DNA of 64,000 bases. It comes from Marsupella aquatica (Eukaryota; Plantae; Marchantiophyta). The stretch's first letter is position 1. Each line of letters starts with the position of its first letter. This document shows positions 45,126 through 58,063 of this stretch, one piece after another. Position numbers and translations under genes: made by a program. The stretch is from NCBI GenBank assembly GCA_973895155.1, contig OZ316892.1:231746-295745 (forward strand), read 5' to 3'. A model generated the notes under the pieces. The model was not told the origin of the DNA, did not search any database, and saw only the letters and a list, made by a program, of their open reading frames with translations.

Positions 45126-48100
45126 TTACAGTAGTTGCCCTACCGTTGTCGTAACCGGGCAACTCTTCACGTCTTCATTAATATCATAGTCCTCCTTCTT
45201 TTCTTCCTTCGGCTGCTGCTTGGTTTCCTCCTGCTTTTCTTGCTCCTGTCGTCGGGCGACCTCGGCAGCTTTGATGTCCTTATCGATTGCTTTCTGGTAT
45301 TCTTGAGCTTCGTAGGCCTCCAACTGTTTCTTTACCAATTCTTTGATGCGGGGATAAAATAGCTTTGGGTCATCCCGATGGTAGTCATCGTCCTTCTCCG
45401 GGGGTATATCTATCGCTGGCTGCACTGGAGTAGTATCTTGCTTTTTCCTGCGTTTTTCTTCCTGTTTTTCTTCCTTCCGCTCGGCTCTTGTTGACACTCG
45501 GTAGCACTCAGCCTCGTTCAATGGATTAGGGTGCTCCGCCACGTCCACCAGATTTACCCACTTGGTGTTGTCATCTTGCCATTCCACAACAATCATTTGG
45601 ATGACTGCATCGCTCGTGGCCGGTCCGCCCTGGGCCGGTCTTGTTGCGCTTGTTCGAGTGGCTATTACCAATGGACAGTTGGCCATGGAGTGAGCTTCCG
45701 TTTTGCAGACTTGACATAGTGGTGTGCCTCGGCCATCCCCCTGGCGTCTTGGTTCGGTGCATTCCCTCGCAAAGTGGCCTGGCTTCTCACAGTTGTAACA
45801 AACTGGGGATCGCCAAATCCCTGGCTTAGGAGGAATGCTCGGGTTATTGATAACTTGGAAACTTTTGCCATTGTTTGGGTAGGGGTATGCAGTTCTACCT
45901 GCTAAGTTATGCGGACCCACCGTTGAAATCTGATACACCGAATCCGGGGGATCTTCAAAGAAATACTCAGTGGACTCCGATTCAGGTCCCGTGTTGTCAA
46001 CATCATCTAATTCCACCTAGTGGACTCGGTTCTTCCATCTTGGGCATTCTTGCACTACATGCCCGGATTGGAAACACTTTGAACACCACGCATGTGCTCG
46101 GGTCTCGGGTGGCTTCTTCTTCTCCATAGGCTTTTCCGCAAGATGTACCGACAGTGCTTTGAGACGATCCGTGATTTTTTTAATCTTGTCTGCTTCGGCG
46201 GCCTTTGGATTGGGTATCGTTCTTCAAACATGGGGCTTGATTTTTCCCTCCTTCTTAACCCGCCTCTTCTTCTTTTTTTCCGGCTCTTGCTCTCCGAATC
46301 GCTTCTTGATGAGCTAGAAGTGGAGGATCCGTTGGTCAAAGTTGAATCCGAACTAGATTCTGTCTTCGAACTTGACGAGGTTGAATGATGTTTCTTCTTC
46401 TTCTTGCGTTTCTTCTTCTTCTCGTCGTCCGATTCAGAGTTACTGTCACTGAAGGTCTCGTACTTGCCCCTTCCTGCGGCGTGCCCGTTGGCTTCACCGG
46501 GAGTTATAGGTGGACTCCCGGTAGGTTTCGGCGCACGCTATGGCTGCTTGCATTGAAATTGGGTTATTCTGGCGCACCCAGAATTGCATATTCGTGGGCA
46601 AACCATGGAGGAACCACGTAAGTTGGAGCGCGTCACCCAGCCTAGGTCGGATCTTGGCAGCAATTTTCTGAAACTTCTGAATGAACTTCCGCAGGGGCTC
46701 CTTGCGGTGCATCCCATGGGGCCCAAAACCCAAGAAACCCCCCCGCACAAGCTGATTCCCGCAGGTTTCGTCCTCGATGAGGCCATTTCCGCGGCTTAGC
46801 AGCATGGGACGCTGCTAATCTCCTCTACTACTACGATTAACATTTTACACACATATACTAGACAGATCCTTCATCGGGTCATGAGATACTTAGCCGGCCT
46901 ATTCTAGGCCCTCCCTTGTATTCCTCTCCTGGTCTTCCATTAGGTATGTTTGGATTCCGCCGCCGGAATGATCCCCAATTGGCTTGGTTAAGCCGCTAAG
47001 ACCTCTCTCAGCTCGACACATCCATCTCTCACTCCCTTGCTACTTCCCTTCATTGATGTGGGCACTCTTCACACAAGTTAATGCGACACACAAATAGCAA
47101 AATGACTCCTTCTGACTGAGTTATACCATGCACTTGCCATACAAACAGTACATCTCATACCTTTCTATATAACTAACCGAGAGGTTCTCTTACTACTTGA
47201 TCCCAGCCCTACTGGTGCAACTAAAAACTTGCTAAAGAAGAGGCCCTGAACTCCCCGCAGCCCAGGTACTTATCCTGGTTGCGGATCCGCCTGATTCCTT
47301 GCAGCGTAAGCCTAATCTACTTACTGTAATCTACCTAACTGTAATCTACCTATGTACAGCGAGGCAGGAGCACAAGTGTTGCCCTCACTCGTGGATCTGC
47401 AATCCCACTAATCTAAGTGTCAGGGCCGTCGCCTGGTCTTGATCCTTAGTCTAAACTTGGAGATTAGCGCCTGCCCTGCCCACTCACGCCTCCTACCTCC
47501 ACGTCCGTCCTTCCTAAAAGGAACAGCGCCTTTGCACCGTCATGAAACCGGTGGCGGATCCTCAATGGACGCCCCCAACGCTTCCCCCGCAGCCACTGCC
47601 GTCGGTACGTCCTCTGACATATTACCTGCCCCGGACCGAGTCAACTCTTCATCGGCCTGACTGGGTCCACCCTCGGCTTCGGCCTCAGCATCGGCCACGG
47701 CCTCCCCGGCATGTTCTAGTGGAGGATCTGGTACCTCGGCTTCATTATTGTTGTCCCGGCCTCGGCCTTGCCATCCCCACTTCCTAGGACTGGTGGATCC
47801 ACCGCCGTGCCGATGCCGGAGGTTGGTGCCGGGTTTATCTTCTCGGTCACAACGGCTTGAGAAGCCGTATAACTCCCAACCTAGAAAGTTTCCGCTTCTT
47901 CTTCTTCCCTATTTCGACAGCCGGTTCCTTCCCCTTGCCACTTACCTCCGACACCGGGGTGAGTGTCTCGGCTTGTCCTTCGGCCAATACTACCCCTGGT
48001 AGCTAGGTTGCCCCAATTGGAGTTGGACCTGATGAAGCCAAGCATTTAAATACTGCGGCTTGTTTCTTCAGCCACTCCGTTTGGTTGTCGGCCCTCCGCT

Positions 48101-51100
48101 GTAGGTTCTCCATCTTCCTCATGATTTCCTCCAACTCCTCCTAGGTCTCGTCCAGGTCTTTGCACGCCTCCTCCAGTTCCTTTCTGGCTTCTTCCAATTC
48201 CATTTTTAAGGTAGCCGTCTCCTCCTGGGTTGCTCTTAGCTCCTTGTCGAGCTTTGCTACGACCTCAGACTCCATCTTATTCATCTTGGCATAAGTCTGA
48301 TCGAGCTGGTCGTCCTTCACGCAGGTCGGCCTTGAAGCTGGCCGTCAGGGACGCAAGCTCCTACTGCAGCGCAATAATCCCTTGATAGGATTTCCCTAAC
48401 TCTGCTTCCTTCTGCTCAAGGGCTCCGCGGATATCTTTGAGCTCTCCTTTCAATGCCCTCTCCCTTCTCTGAGTCTCCGCCATGGCCTGGTTGTTGGCGG
48501 TTAAGTGGGCCTCCTCTGCGTCCCTTAGCTCCCGCTTCCATTTCTCTCTTTCTTTGACTGCGCCGGCCAACTCTCCTTGGGTCCGAGTCAGTTTATCTTT
48601 GATAATCTGATTGTCAGACTGAGCGATATCCAACTGGCCCTGCATGATGTTTAGCTCATGCCGCTTAATCCGCAGCTCATCTTGGGCTTTCTTGGCCGCC
48701 TGCAGGACTTCCACCTCGACTTTCTTCTCCCTAAGCCGCCGGATGACCTCGTCCTTCTTGGTTCTCTCCAAAGCCACCGCTTCTTCTAATCTGTGCTTCT
48801 CCAACCTCTCCCTCTGGAAGAAAGGTCCCTGCTCCAACTCCTCCCCAAAGATGCTGACCGCTAGGTCCCCACACATCTCCCCATACTCCATGGCTCTATC
48901 TTTGGCATAGGTGGAGTAAGTAGAAGTCATCGGCATCAACCACCTTGGCCCCTGTTCCCACGCTGCCTTGCGGATTTCTTCTACGGTGGCAAGAGGGTTG
49001 CTTCTTTTTTCGGCAAGCCGCCTGATGTCCTCCGGCCAATCTCCTCCTGGTAAATCTTTCTCCCTAGCCAGGGCTGCTTTCTCTTCCTCCCTAAGTCGCT
49101 CCTGAAACTCTTGTGCCGTCTGCTTTATGCCGTCAAAGCTCGGGGGAGCAACCTCTGGTGGGGGAGACTTGGGGCTACTCTGCTGGGTGGGGTCCCCTCG
49201 AACTACTCTTGGAAGCGTGGGGATAAATCGGCCACAGGTCCTTACTCCTGGAACATGATGATCCGACCCATAGCCGGAGTTATCATTGCTGTAGTCCTTC
49301 GCCGCCTCCTCCACTGCTTGGACTCCCTGCTTCCCCCTCTGTTCCCCTGGTCCTGCCGTGAAAACGGCCCCACAGATCACGGGCCCTTGTTCCTCCTCTG
49401 GGTTCCATGCTGTCCTCTCCCTCTGTTCTCCGCGGGAAGGAGCCTTAGGCTGCTGTCTCCGATTGGGGGCTTGAGGCTCCCACATACATTCGCACTCCCG
49501 GCTTGTGTTCCGGCCTCCTTCTCTCCTTGGCTCTAGTAAAGGGGTTTTCCCTCCTGAGTCGGCTTAGGCTGGCCTCTAGGGCAGTGTCCTGTACCGGTGC
49601 CGTTGCCATTGCTGGTGCCATTCTCTCGTTCTCCAGCATTTTCAGCAGATTCTGCATGTCTGATTGCTACATCGGCAAGTCTGCTTCTCTGCTGCCGGCC
49701 TCTGTTCTGGAACCTCCTCTAGTGCCCTTGCCTACAGGGGAAGTACCGGGGCAAAGATCTGACTTCGGGCATACCGGCACAACAACGGCATGTGATAGCC
49801 AAGCCGGGACATGCTTCCCACGCCGATCACCTGCTGTTCCTCCTTCAAGAACTTCTTCATTTGGGTGAGGAGGTACCCGTTATAGTCCCGGCTTGGGTCT
49901 GGCCTCTCCGCCAGGTAGACGTGTGCCTTGCCAATCTCTGCCCTTGGCAAGTTGCAGTGCATGGTTACCCGCAAGAAATCAATCATTCTCCGATATGTGG
50001 GTTGGTGCAGCTGTTTTGGAAGAAGCCATTCTTTGTTGATGGCCCTGGAAACGACCAAAACTCCTTGTCTGGCAAGGTCTTCCCGGTATCTACTTTGGTC
50101 TTATTGCCCATTGGCAAGCCAAACGCCTAGTCAATCACCCGGGGAGTGAGATAGAAATCCTTCCAATACACCCTCATGGAATTGGTCTCGGGTTCCCATG
50201 ATCCCATGAATTCTAATAAGTCTGAGTCTGGCACCTCCGGCTTCAGCCATGGTAATCTTATGAAGGCTTCCAAGCCGGATCCGACCATGAAGCCCTAGTA
50301 CTTCTTGGTCTGCATGGCCATAAAGCATGCATCCTCCTCCCGTGCAAAATGTAATTGCACTTCCTCTGGTAGGGTCGCTGCCCAGCCTTTCCAGGTGTCA
50401 TCATTTGTTGGAATGGCATTGATGGGATCGACCTCCTCCTCTTCGGCTTCTCCCTGCCTCCGGTTCTGCTGCTCTGCTGGTTTCCTTGGTGTCGCCGACC
50501 TCGTTCTTTTTGCCGGGGTGGCCTCTTCGTTGTTGTTTCCTTTCCTCTTCATCTCGGCTGCCGTGGATGTTTCTCCTAGCATAGTTGCCTTGGTCCACCC
50601 TTCCGTGCTACCCTTCAACTCCCAGTGCGCGTTGTTGCAGCGGTTGATGGCTTCCCAAATGCCGACGATTTTGTCTTCGCAAAATAGAAGGTCATCAAGC
50701 TGATTGGCAGTAGGAGTCCACAAGAACTCGCCCTTGATGAGTTCTCCTCCTAAGAAGGCAGACTTCTGCAGCTCCCACAGTCGAGCGAGCTCCTGCCATT
50801 CTCGAGCTGCTCTCTCCAATTCTTCGTCCTTGTAAGTCCCAATGTACTCAGTTGCCCGTTTGAATAGGCATCCCCAAAAATATGTTGCTTGATTGACGTT
50901 GCTAATACCCTCCTTGACTCGATCATTGGTATCTGTTCCCACCCAGAGTGCTTGCCTAAGCAGCTGACAGTATTTGGCCTCCCATAGTCGTCTGCCTAGT
51001 TCGTGCTTGCAAATGAGCCACTATTCCTTGCGAGCGGTCCTTACCCCACTCCGCCTCTGGTCTTCCCTCCCGTTGGTCACCCCTAGCCGCCGACGCTTAT

Positions 51101-51653
51101 CGCGCCCTAACCATAATCGTGTTCTCTCCCCCGGCATCCTTACTTCCGGCCTCGGCCCGGGTTCCATAGTCACCCTTAATTGTTTATATTTTCCTCATTC
51201 TTGTAACTATACTAAGGTATTTTTAGGGTACACTCCTACTTTTACCATGTAAACCGTCCTAGTGATTCCTGGCTAGGCATCACACTTAATGGCGTCTTCC
51301 CCGTTGGCCTTAGCAGTGGCTTCAAACTCATCCAACCATTCATCTGGATCATCCTCATGACGCCCTTTGAAAGGTCGATAATTGAACCGCGACCGTTGTG
51401 ATATTTGTGGGGGAGCTTGGGCAGCGCGGGCCATCGGTGGGGTGGCCGCCATAGGTACTGGTGGCGGTGGTGGTGCAGCAGGGACCAGAGCAGGACCGGC
51501 TGGACCAGACCCCAAAGGTCCCGGTGGTATGTTCATTTGTCGAGGCGATTGCGAATCCTCCAAACCTGAAGAGTCAGAGCTTGTGGGGGTTGCACTCTCT
51601 CGTTCGATGGTCAACCTCCTCAAGTAAGCTGCTTGAGAACGAGTGACGGGCAT
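45126..51653 (-). pseudogene. gag: Family C gag, split by an A-type LTR (pieces 51285-51653 and 45126-46702)
   Basis: MPVTRSQ...FKGRHEDDPDEWLDEFE...ANGEDAIK | KEPLRKFIQKF...; knuckle CYNCEKPGHFAREC. Confidence 0.88.
46703..51284 (-). mobile_element. Family A (subfamily A2) solo LTR with degraded ORF (47540-51167)
   Basis: Minus-strand start TGTGATGCCTAGCC and end GCACCGCA; homologous to 59712-64000. The flanks CTCCT and CTTAA do not match. Confidence 0.92.
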
Positions 51654-51751
51654 TTACTCATATAAATGCAATGGTTAGTAACTCACAAGGGCCTGGTGTA
51701 TTCTGCCTAAGTGCACCCGCACATGTCTCCCCTCTACTACACGTAGAGTGC

Positions 51752-51769
51752 CCCCTCCATCTAGCACCA
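51752..51769 (-). promoter_or_regulatory. Primer-binding site of element C
   Basis: TGGTGCTAGATGGAGGGG on the minus strand, 13 nt from the inferred LTR end. Confidence 0.72.
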
Positions 51770-51782
51770 AAAACAAAGGCTA

Positions 51783-54700
51783 TGTCACGTCGTCAGCCTA
51801 GGCTTTAACCGGGCTTTGGCTCAGACAGGCACATCTTTTGTCAATATGAGGGTTCGGGCAAGGAGGGAGGCACGGAATGCACCTAAATCACATAAACTAG
51901 CGCTAAGTGCGCCTATTGTCATATACGGACACTTCTTAGGTATGGTTTGTGTTCCGTCGCCGGAACGTACCTCAGTCGATAGCAGGACCGACCCCGGCTT
52001 ATGGGCTTCTAAGCCTTCATGTTGTCTGCCTTTGATCCGGATTCGATGGTATGGGTACTCAACCCGGGCTCGCAACCACTTACCCGCAAGCTGCACCCCG
52101 TGCACGACTCGGGTAGTGCGTTCGGCCAAATGTTGGCACCTATACACGAGATTCACACATATACAGACGCACAAGCATACAATCTCGATTTACACGAAGG
52201 AAATAATGGGAAAGGATTTTACTACATAGGAGACATATGCGTACACTTAGTTGACCCAAAATCTCTGGAATGAACAGGTCCAAGGCTGATGGTGTACACT
52301 ACAACGGAGCCTAGCTCCGCACTCGCCCAGCAAGCTTAGTCCTACACCCTCCCCTTGGTACACTTTCACTCCCAGAGGTCGGGACTCCCCGCACATACCG
52401 TGGATGTCCAACACTGAGACTAAAAACCCCCCTGCCTCTACCGAGGGGTGCACTAAATACTAAGGGCTGAGGAACGGAGTGCCCTCGCGCCCAAAGATTC
52501 GCTAACTAAGGTCCTAACTAAGCTGGCTGTCAGGCCGGAAAACGGCTTATCTTATTAGAAGATCCTAATCTACGCAGGTTGTACAGCATGGCAGTGCTGC
52601 TTTAACTAGGGTAGGTGCTTGTCCCTATAGCCTAATTTAGCTATTCCTAACTCTACTCTAATCCTACTCCGCCGCTAATGCCTGGCACGCTTGCCAGAGC
52701 CACCTGAGTGGGAGCGGCTATCCCGTTGCCTTCTGTGCCTGTCGGTGTCCTGCTTGAGTAGCTGGACCTGGTCCAGCAGAGATTTGTTTTCTTGCTTTGC
52801 CACGTCTGCCTCTTCCACGGCCTCCTGGCATGCCTCCTCTAGTTGCTGGGTGTCACTCATCAGCTTGTCCACCAACTGGGCCTGTTTTGTGGCTTCTCCT
52901 TGAAGCCGCGCCACCTCTGCCTTCAGGGTGTCAATCTCGGCTGTGTCTCGCTGAGACTTGGAGTCAGCTTCCTCCAGATCCTTTTGCCAACTGATGGCTT
53001 GCCCCTGCAAACCGTCAATCTTGGTCCAGAGCCGCGCGATCTCGACGTCCTTTCCGAGCCCGGCTTGTACTCCTACGCTGCTTGGGCTCTAGCCTCCGCA
53101 ACCTGGTCCTCCATGGCCGTTATCTGAGGCCGTAGTTGCTGGAGTTCAGCCTCTAGGGTTGCCACTTTGTCCTTCAGGTAGGCAGACTCAACCCGATATC
53201 GCTCTATTCTCTGTGCGGTCTCTGCCTGCGCATGTCCTGCCCTTACTGCCGCAACCAACTCCTGGTTGAAGAAGTAGGCCACCCTCCGGGCCATGTATTC
53301 CCCGGTGTCACGAGAGATCTGTTGCGAGAAATCTTCCAACAACCCGTTCAGAGATGTGCCCGACGCAAAGAGTTCCGGATGGTCTAGACTGTGTCCTTCT
53401 GGATTCGGGCACGGGCAGACTCCAACCCGTGCGAGAGTAGGAGTGGACACATCCAGCCCTTGAGGTAAGTCGGTCAAAGGAGCTGGTCCCACTGGAGGTG
53501 GGTGGTTCTCCTGCACAACCGCGAGGGGTGGAGGAATCTTCCCGGCTACCATGGCATCTGCTTCGGGTACGGCTTCATCCGGCCCGGCTTTGATGGCATT
53601 GTCCCAATTGATCATGTCTAAGGTCGCGATAACGTCAATGGGTATGCCTGGCGGGGCGGCAGCGGCGGGTTGCGGGGCCATGGTAGCAGGACTTGCAGCT
53701 GCTAGACTTTGAGCCTCGGGCTACGGTCGCCTTACCTGGGCTGGGAACACCCATTTTGGCGGGGCCAGCTCGGGCTCGTTGAGACGCGGGAGGCTCTGAC
53801 GGTCAAAATGAGCGTACCACTCGAGGATGATTTTGATGTGGCTAGCGAAGTACGCCCTCCCACCAAGGTACAAAGTCTTCCTTCTCCGCTCCATCTCCTC
53901 GTGGAACTTCTTGATGAAGCAGGACGCCCACTTCCTGGGCCGATAGTTCTCCACCTGGATGACCTGAGCGGCCAATATTTCTCCTCTGGGTTCCATCATG
54001 TGGAGGGCATACCGCTGGAACTCTAGGCGTTCTGCTACCTCCGGGATGAGGCACGTCCTCATTAAGAACCCATTGTCCACTACTCCCTCGGCCGGAAAGC
54101 TAGATGACTGGTATTTAGCTCCCTTGCCCCTTGGAGCCCGCGGCTCTACCCGGTTTATCCCCTTGGGTAAGCCAAAAATCATCTTCAGACGTGCCTCATT
54201 GAGACACATCACTCTCCCATGCGCTCGAGTTTTTTGGCGGGCCTCATTGAAGTTCTGAATGAACTCCGTCATATCCTGCCCGTAATACCTACTTTCGTTC
54301 CAAGGGAGAGAGGCGAGGTGCTCAAACCCCTGGGTCTTCAGATAGCATGCATGCTTGGGGTGGAGGATGTTCTTGTGAACATTGTCCCCCATGCGATGCA
54401 TGGTCAGCTTGGCTACCGCAACTATGGCCAAAGGCAACCCGGATACGGCTGTAGGCTTCTTCCTCTTCCTACCCCGAGACTGATTACCGGGGTGACTAGA
54501 AGAAGGGGACATCTCTCCTTCCTCTCGGTCAGGTGGTGGTAGCGCCACTGCCGTGAGTATTGGTGTCGGGGCCGCTAGCGTTACCGTGTTATCCCCTTGG
54601 GCTTGCTGGAGTGGTGTTGGGTTGTTCGTACCCTGCGGCCGTTGATTCAGAGGAGGGTGAGCCTCCTCGTCTTCGAAGCTGATATTTACCGCATTCACCA

Positions 54701-55742
54701 CGGATGGTACTCGGAGAGGTGGTGGAACCGGTGGCGGGGACCAGCTTGGCTGAGGCCGAGGAGGTGTAGGTGTGGGTATGAGCACGGGTTGGCCGGCACT
54801 GGTCGTTGATGGTAGAGTTGCCATGAAGTTCTGCAGGTGTCGGTGGAGGTTTTCCGATGCAAGTGAAGATGGTCCTGTCGACCGGGTAGTGTTGAACTCG
54901 TCGTTGATGATAGCCCAAACCCGAGCGGGGATGTGGTCGAAGTGGTGCCATTGCAAGTCGATCGTGCCCGGAATATTGAAGACCTCGTCCGGAAGCCGAA
55001 GCAATGCTTCCCAGAAGCCGATGTATTTGCCTCCGTCGAAGAAGTACCCTGATACCTCTTCAGGTCGGTAAAGCTCGCTATGGGATGGGTACTCAAAGTT
55101 AAGGAGATAGTGGTGGCAGCCTGCTAGGCGGATGGCTCTCTCGTATTCGCGTTCGATCTCATATCGGCGCGGGTTGGCATGTTTCAATGAGTCGGCCAAG
55201 TGCCCTCCGATAGACAGGAACTGAGTCCAGAATTGTATGGCCGAACTGGAAAGGATTGTGTGCGACATTCAGAGGAGATAGCAGGTGACTAAGGAAAAGC
55301 GAGAGAGTTGGGATCGAAGCTGGCGCGTGGACTGGAGAGCTGGTGCACTACAAAGGATCGGCCCCCCTTTTATACCCTGAGAGGTTGTCGATCACCCGAC
55401 GCCTCCTCGTCGCTTATAGGTCGAGCCTTTCACGCTCGCAGTGTACCAGCCCCTTCGCCAGTCCAGGTCAGCTCGTGTCAGTGGCCGCCTCCCGGAGTTT
55501 GTTATACGGACCCAAGGGAGGGGGAAAAAGGGCCCATTACATGCTCGCAACCCGGGCGTGCGAATGGCGACCTGCCGCCAGCCTGAACATGAATTCCCCT
55601 TATTGACTAATGATTTCCTACTTAGAATGGCTACCTAAATATTGTCGTTATGCTAATAATAACGGCCTAAGATACCCCTAATGCGCATGCTAAGCACAAT
55701 TAGACTGAATTACTCATTACCCGCCGTACCGGCGGCATCACA
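51783..55742 (-). repeat. Family C 5' LTR (about 3960 bp)
   Basis: Minus strand TGTGATGCCGCC ... GACGTGACA. The end is supported by the related copy ending near 58063. Confidence 0.85.
52675..55268 (-). pseudogene. Family C LTR-encoded accessory ORF (stops at 53721 and 53073)
   Basis: Core GFEHLASLPW..MTEFIQNF..RLKMIFGLP..DNGFLMRTC, followed by Pro-rich and coiled-coil segments. Confidence 0.8.
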
Positions 55743-56009
55743 AGAGGGTTGAAGCTCGCACCCTACTGCCGGCCGCCATGGACGTCCCTCGAAGAAAAGT
55801 AGAAAAGTGTGATCAGGCCGGCGCGGACGTCAAGTTAGGTTGTGACGGGGTGGACGTCCCTACGTGGAGGCCATCCAAGACGTCCATGAGTTTTTCACGT
55901 GGGCCGGCGCGGAAGGAGTTGGCCGTCCTTGCGAAAAATGGGTGCCGTCCCTGTACATGTAGAAGTCGTCCAAGCCGGCGCCGTCTTTGCCATCTTCATG
56001 AGGAGGCGG

Positions 56010-58063
56010 TCCAGGACTTCAATCAGGAGTTGGAGGCCTTTCAGAGGATAGAGCGGTACCGGGTTGAGTCCGTGTACCTAAAGAAAGAAGTTCTGCTCCT
56101 TGAGACAACTGTTTGGCAAGGGTTGGGGTAGCCTGGAACTCCTTGTTGCTACTGATTCCAGAACACACACCCAGTCTGCCTGCCTTTTCCTGCATTATCA
56201 AATGTTGTGGGCTCTATGGATGGGACGAAATGAGCAGATTTTTGAGAAAAAGGTGATCCGAGTATTTGATTTTGGGCTGGTCCTATCGGAAACCGAGACT
56301 CACTTGCGGGCTGCGGGCTGGTGCCTCCCCATTGGTGGGCGGCGCATCAGACTGGCTAAGGCTAGGGATCTCATAGCTTTAGAACGACGACAGTGGTTTG
56401 CTAGGAGTACTGGCAGAGTCACCTCTGTGGCTGCGTTGCTGGTCTAGGAGTGATAGCTATTGGAAGAGGTCGAATGGGATACCTCGCTTTACCGGCTCTA
56501 GGGCTCTAGAAGTTGACATGATGTATGGGTCACTCACATTTTGGGCCACTAGGTTTAGTCCCCCCTTTTTTTATTGTGATTCTGGCCTTTGCTTTTGCCG
56601 CTGGCCTCCCTTAGGGAGTTGTTCTGATTTATCTATGGGGCTGTTTGCTTCCCCCCGGCCGTGGGGTTTTCGCGGTCTCACCTTTTTATTATAAAAAATA
56701 TTTTCCCAGGAAGAGGCTGAGCTTCTGGAACTATGACCCAAGGTTGCAGCCGCCGATGAGTTGTTAGCAAATGCGCACCGCCCTAGCCAAATAGGCCAAA
56801 GCTGGGAAGGAGGCCGAGATTGCATGGCTCCGGACCCAGGTTGACAGTTTGAAGAACCAAACTATCATCTGGCAGAAAGACCTGGAGGAGGCCAAAGAGC
56901 GGGCCCAGCATGACGCTGCGGAGATAGCCGCCCTACAGGCTGAAGTAGTGTGGCTTCAAACCAAAGCCGAGAAGTAGAGCAGATGGTGGACAAGCTGACA
57001 AGCAACGCCCAGCAACTGGAAGAGGCATGCCAGGAGGCAGTTGAGGAGACGGACACGGCGAAGCGAGAGAACAAATCTCTGCTAGACCAAGTCCAGCTCC
57101 TCAAGACGGACAATGACAGACTCCGTAGGTAGCGGATGGCCGCTCCCACTCGGACGGCTCTGGCAAGCACACCAGGTATTAGCGGAGGGTTAGGCTTAGA
57201 ATAGAACTAGGAGTAGCTAAAACAGGCTGTTAGGACTGTAAGCGTCGACCAGAAGATAGTGGCGCTAACATATTAGCCAGCCTGTGTAGAATAGGTTAGA
57301 CTAATAGGACAAGTCGTAACCAGCTTAGTGAGGATATAAGTTAGTGTAGATTCGGGCACAAGGCCAGGTTGGTCCTCAGCCCTTAGTATTTAGCAGCCCC
57401 CCGGTAGAGGCAAGGGGGGATTTTAGACTTAGAAGTGGGCCATTCGCGGTACGCGCCTAGAGTCCTGAACTCGGTGAAGTGTCGAAGTGCCAAGGAGAGG
57501 GTATACAACTAAGCTCGTCGGGCGAGTGCGGAGCCGGGCTCCGTTGTAGTGTAATACACCTCAGCCTTGGACCCGTTCATTCACGAGGTGTCAGGTCAAC
57601 CAATCGTAAGTGTATGATCCTATATGAATGAAATCCTTTCCCCTTAATTCCTTCATGTAAATCAAGATTTCTGTTATGTATGAATGCATGTATGAGTCTC
57701 GTGTGCAAGTATCAATGTCAGGCCAAACAGGTTATGCCAACCGTGCACGGGGTGCAGGTTACGGGTTCGGGGTTGTGAGCCCGGGTTGAGCCCTTGTACT
57801 AATGGATCCGGATCAAAGGCGCTAATACAAAGGCTTAGAAGTCCGTAAGCCGGGGTCAAACCCGTGTCGACTGAGGTACATTCCGGCGGCGGAACACAAA
57901 GTATACCTAAGCATGCTAGTAAGTAAATATACGCGCTCTTAGCGCTAGTTTGGAAGAATTATACACAGTCCGCACGTCCCTCCTTGCTCGGACCCGAATA
58001 CTAACAGGGGAAGTGTTTGTCTTAGACGTAAATAGGCCTAAGGACTAGGCCAACGGCGTGATA
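56010..58063 (+). mobile_element. Degenerate 3' part of a C-related LTR, interrupted by a LINE-like fragment
   Basis: QRIERYRVESVYLK and QQLEEACQEAVEE..ENKSLLDQVQLLK match the C ORF; the downstream non-coding part matches the reverse complement of 51783-52670. Confidence 0.75.
56110..56698 (+). mobile_element. Probable 5'-truncated LINE (L1-like) 3' end
   Basis: LWALWMGRNEQIF resembles the WxxWxxRNxxxF motif of the plant L1 ORF2 C-terminus. T-rich 3' UTR ends TTATTATAAAAAA. Boundaries are approximate. Confidence 0.55.

Larger units (their letters stand above)
35394..55742 (-). mobile_element. Older decayed Ty3/Gypsy element, family C, host of several nested insertions
   Basis: 5' LTR 51783-55742, PBS 51752-51769, gag/pol remnants, PPT 37670-37682. 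The 3' LTR 35394-37669 is interrupted by B, and its remainder must lie left of the window. Confidence 0.9.
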
